Origin: Chiloscyllium plagiosum
Lineage: Eukaryota
Reading direction: 5' to 3'
NCBI RefSeq assembly: GCF_004010195.1
Contig: NC_057720.1
Coordinates: forward strand, 16,495,467-16,515,466
DNA length: 20,000 bases
Position numbers and translations under genes: made by a program. Below the pieces are notes generated by a model. That model worked only from the letters and a program-made list of their open reading frames with translations, had not been told where the DNA came from and ran no database searches. This document shows positions 19,606-20,000 of the stretch, piece after piece (the first letter of the stretch is position 1; the number at the start of each line of letters is the position of its first letter).

Positions 19606-20000
19606 ATGGAGTTCAATGTAGCTAAGTGTGAGGTGATTCACTTTGGTAAGAGTAACAGAAAGATGGGGTACTGGGCTAATGGTCGGATACTTGGTAGTGT
19701 GGATGAGCAGAGGGATCTTGGTGTCCATGTACATAGATCTTTGAAAGTTGCCATCCCGGTAAATAGTGCGGTGAAGAAGGCATATGGCGTACTGGCTTTT
19801 ATTGGTAGAGGAATTGAGTTCCGGAGCCTTGAGGTCATGTTGCAGTTGTATAAGACTCTGGTGCGGCCGCATCTGGAGTATTGTGTGCAGTTTTGGTCGC
19901 CATACTATAGGAAGGATGTGGAGGCACTGGAACGGGTGCAGAGGAGGTTTACCAGGATGTTGCCTGGTATGGTAGAAAGATCGTATGAGGAAAGACTGAG
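19606..20000 (+). mobile_element. Young 5'-truncated CR1/HER1 LINE, reading frame open to window edge
   Basis: Reads MEFNVAKCEVIHFGKSNRKMGYWANGRILGSVDEQRDLGVHVHRSLKVAIPVNSAVKKAYGVLAFIGRGIEFRSLEVMLQLYKTLVRPHLEYCVQFWSPYYRKDVEALERVQRRFTRMLPGMVERSYEERL; 131 codons without a stop. Confidence 0.96.

Noticed and set aside
1..20000. Prokaryotic-type systems (CRISPR arrays, operons, defence islands)
   Set aside because: There is no regularly spaced repeat-spacer array or gene-dense coding; the content is vertebrate interspersed repeats.

Overview
This window is non-coding vertebrate DNA, almost certainly from a cartilaginous fish (shark), judged from HE1-like V-SINEs with (TAATC)n tails and HER1/CR1 LINE fragments. 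I found no host exon I can support; the ORF track consists of retroelement fragments and chance ORFs. Roughly half the window is decayed mobile DNA: about 8 CR1-type LINE fragments, 4 HE1-like SINEs, 2 older SINEs and about 7 Penelope-like element (PLE) remnants. Most PLE remnants are fold-back (inverted pLTR) insertions carrying hammerhead-ribozyme motifs, and one has an intact catalytic core (16454-16481). Two candidate solo LTRs are defined purely by sequence structure: 9398-10695 (perfect 5-bp TSD) and 16944-17718 (4-bp TSD). There is a nest of four elements at 15.3-17.9 kb, a divergent pair of CTCF-like motifs at 7370-7443, and a faint possible Harbinger fossil at 17.9-19.5 kb. Family names come from my recall of consensus motifs; no database search was run.
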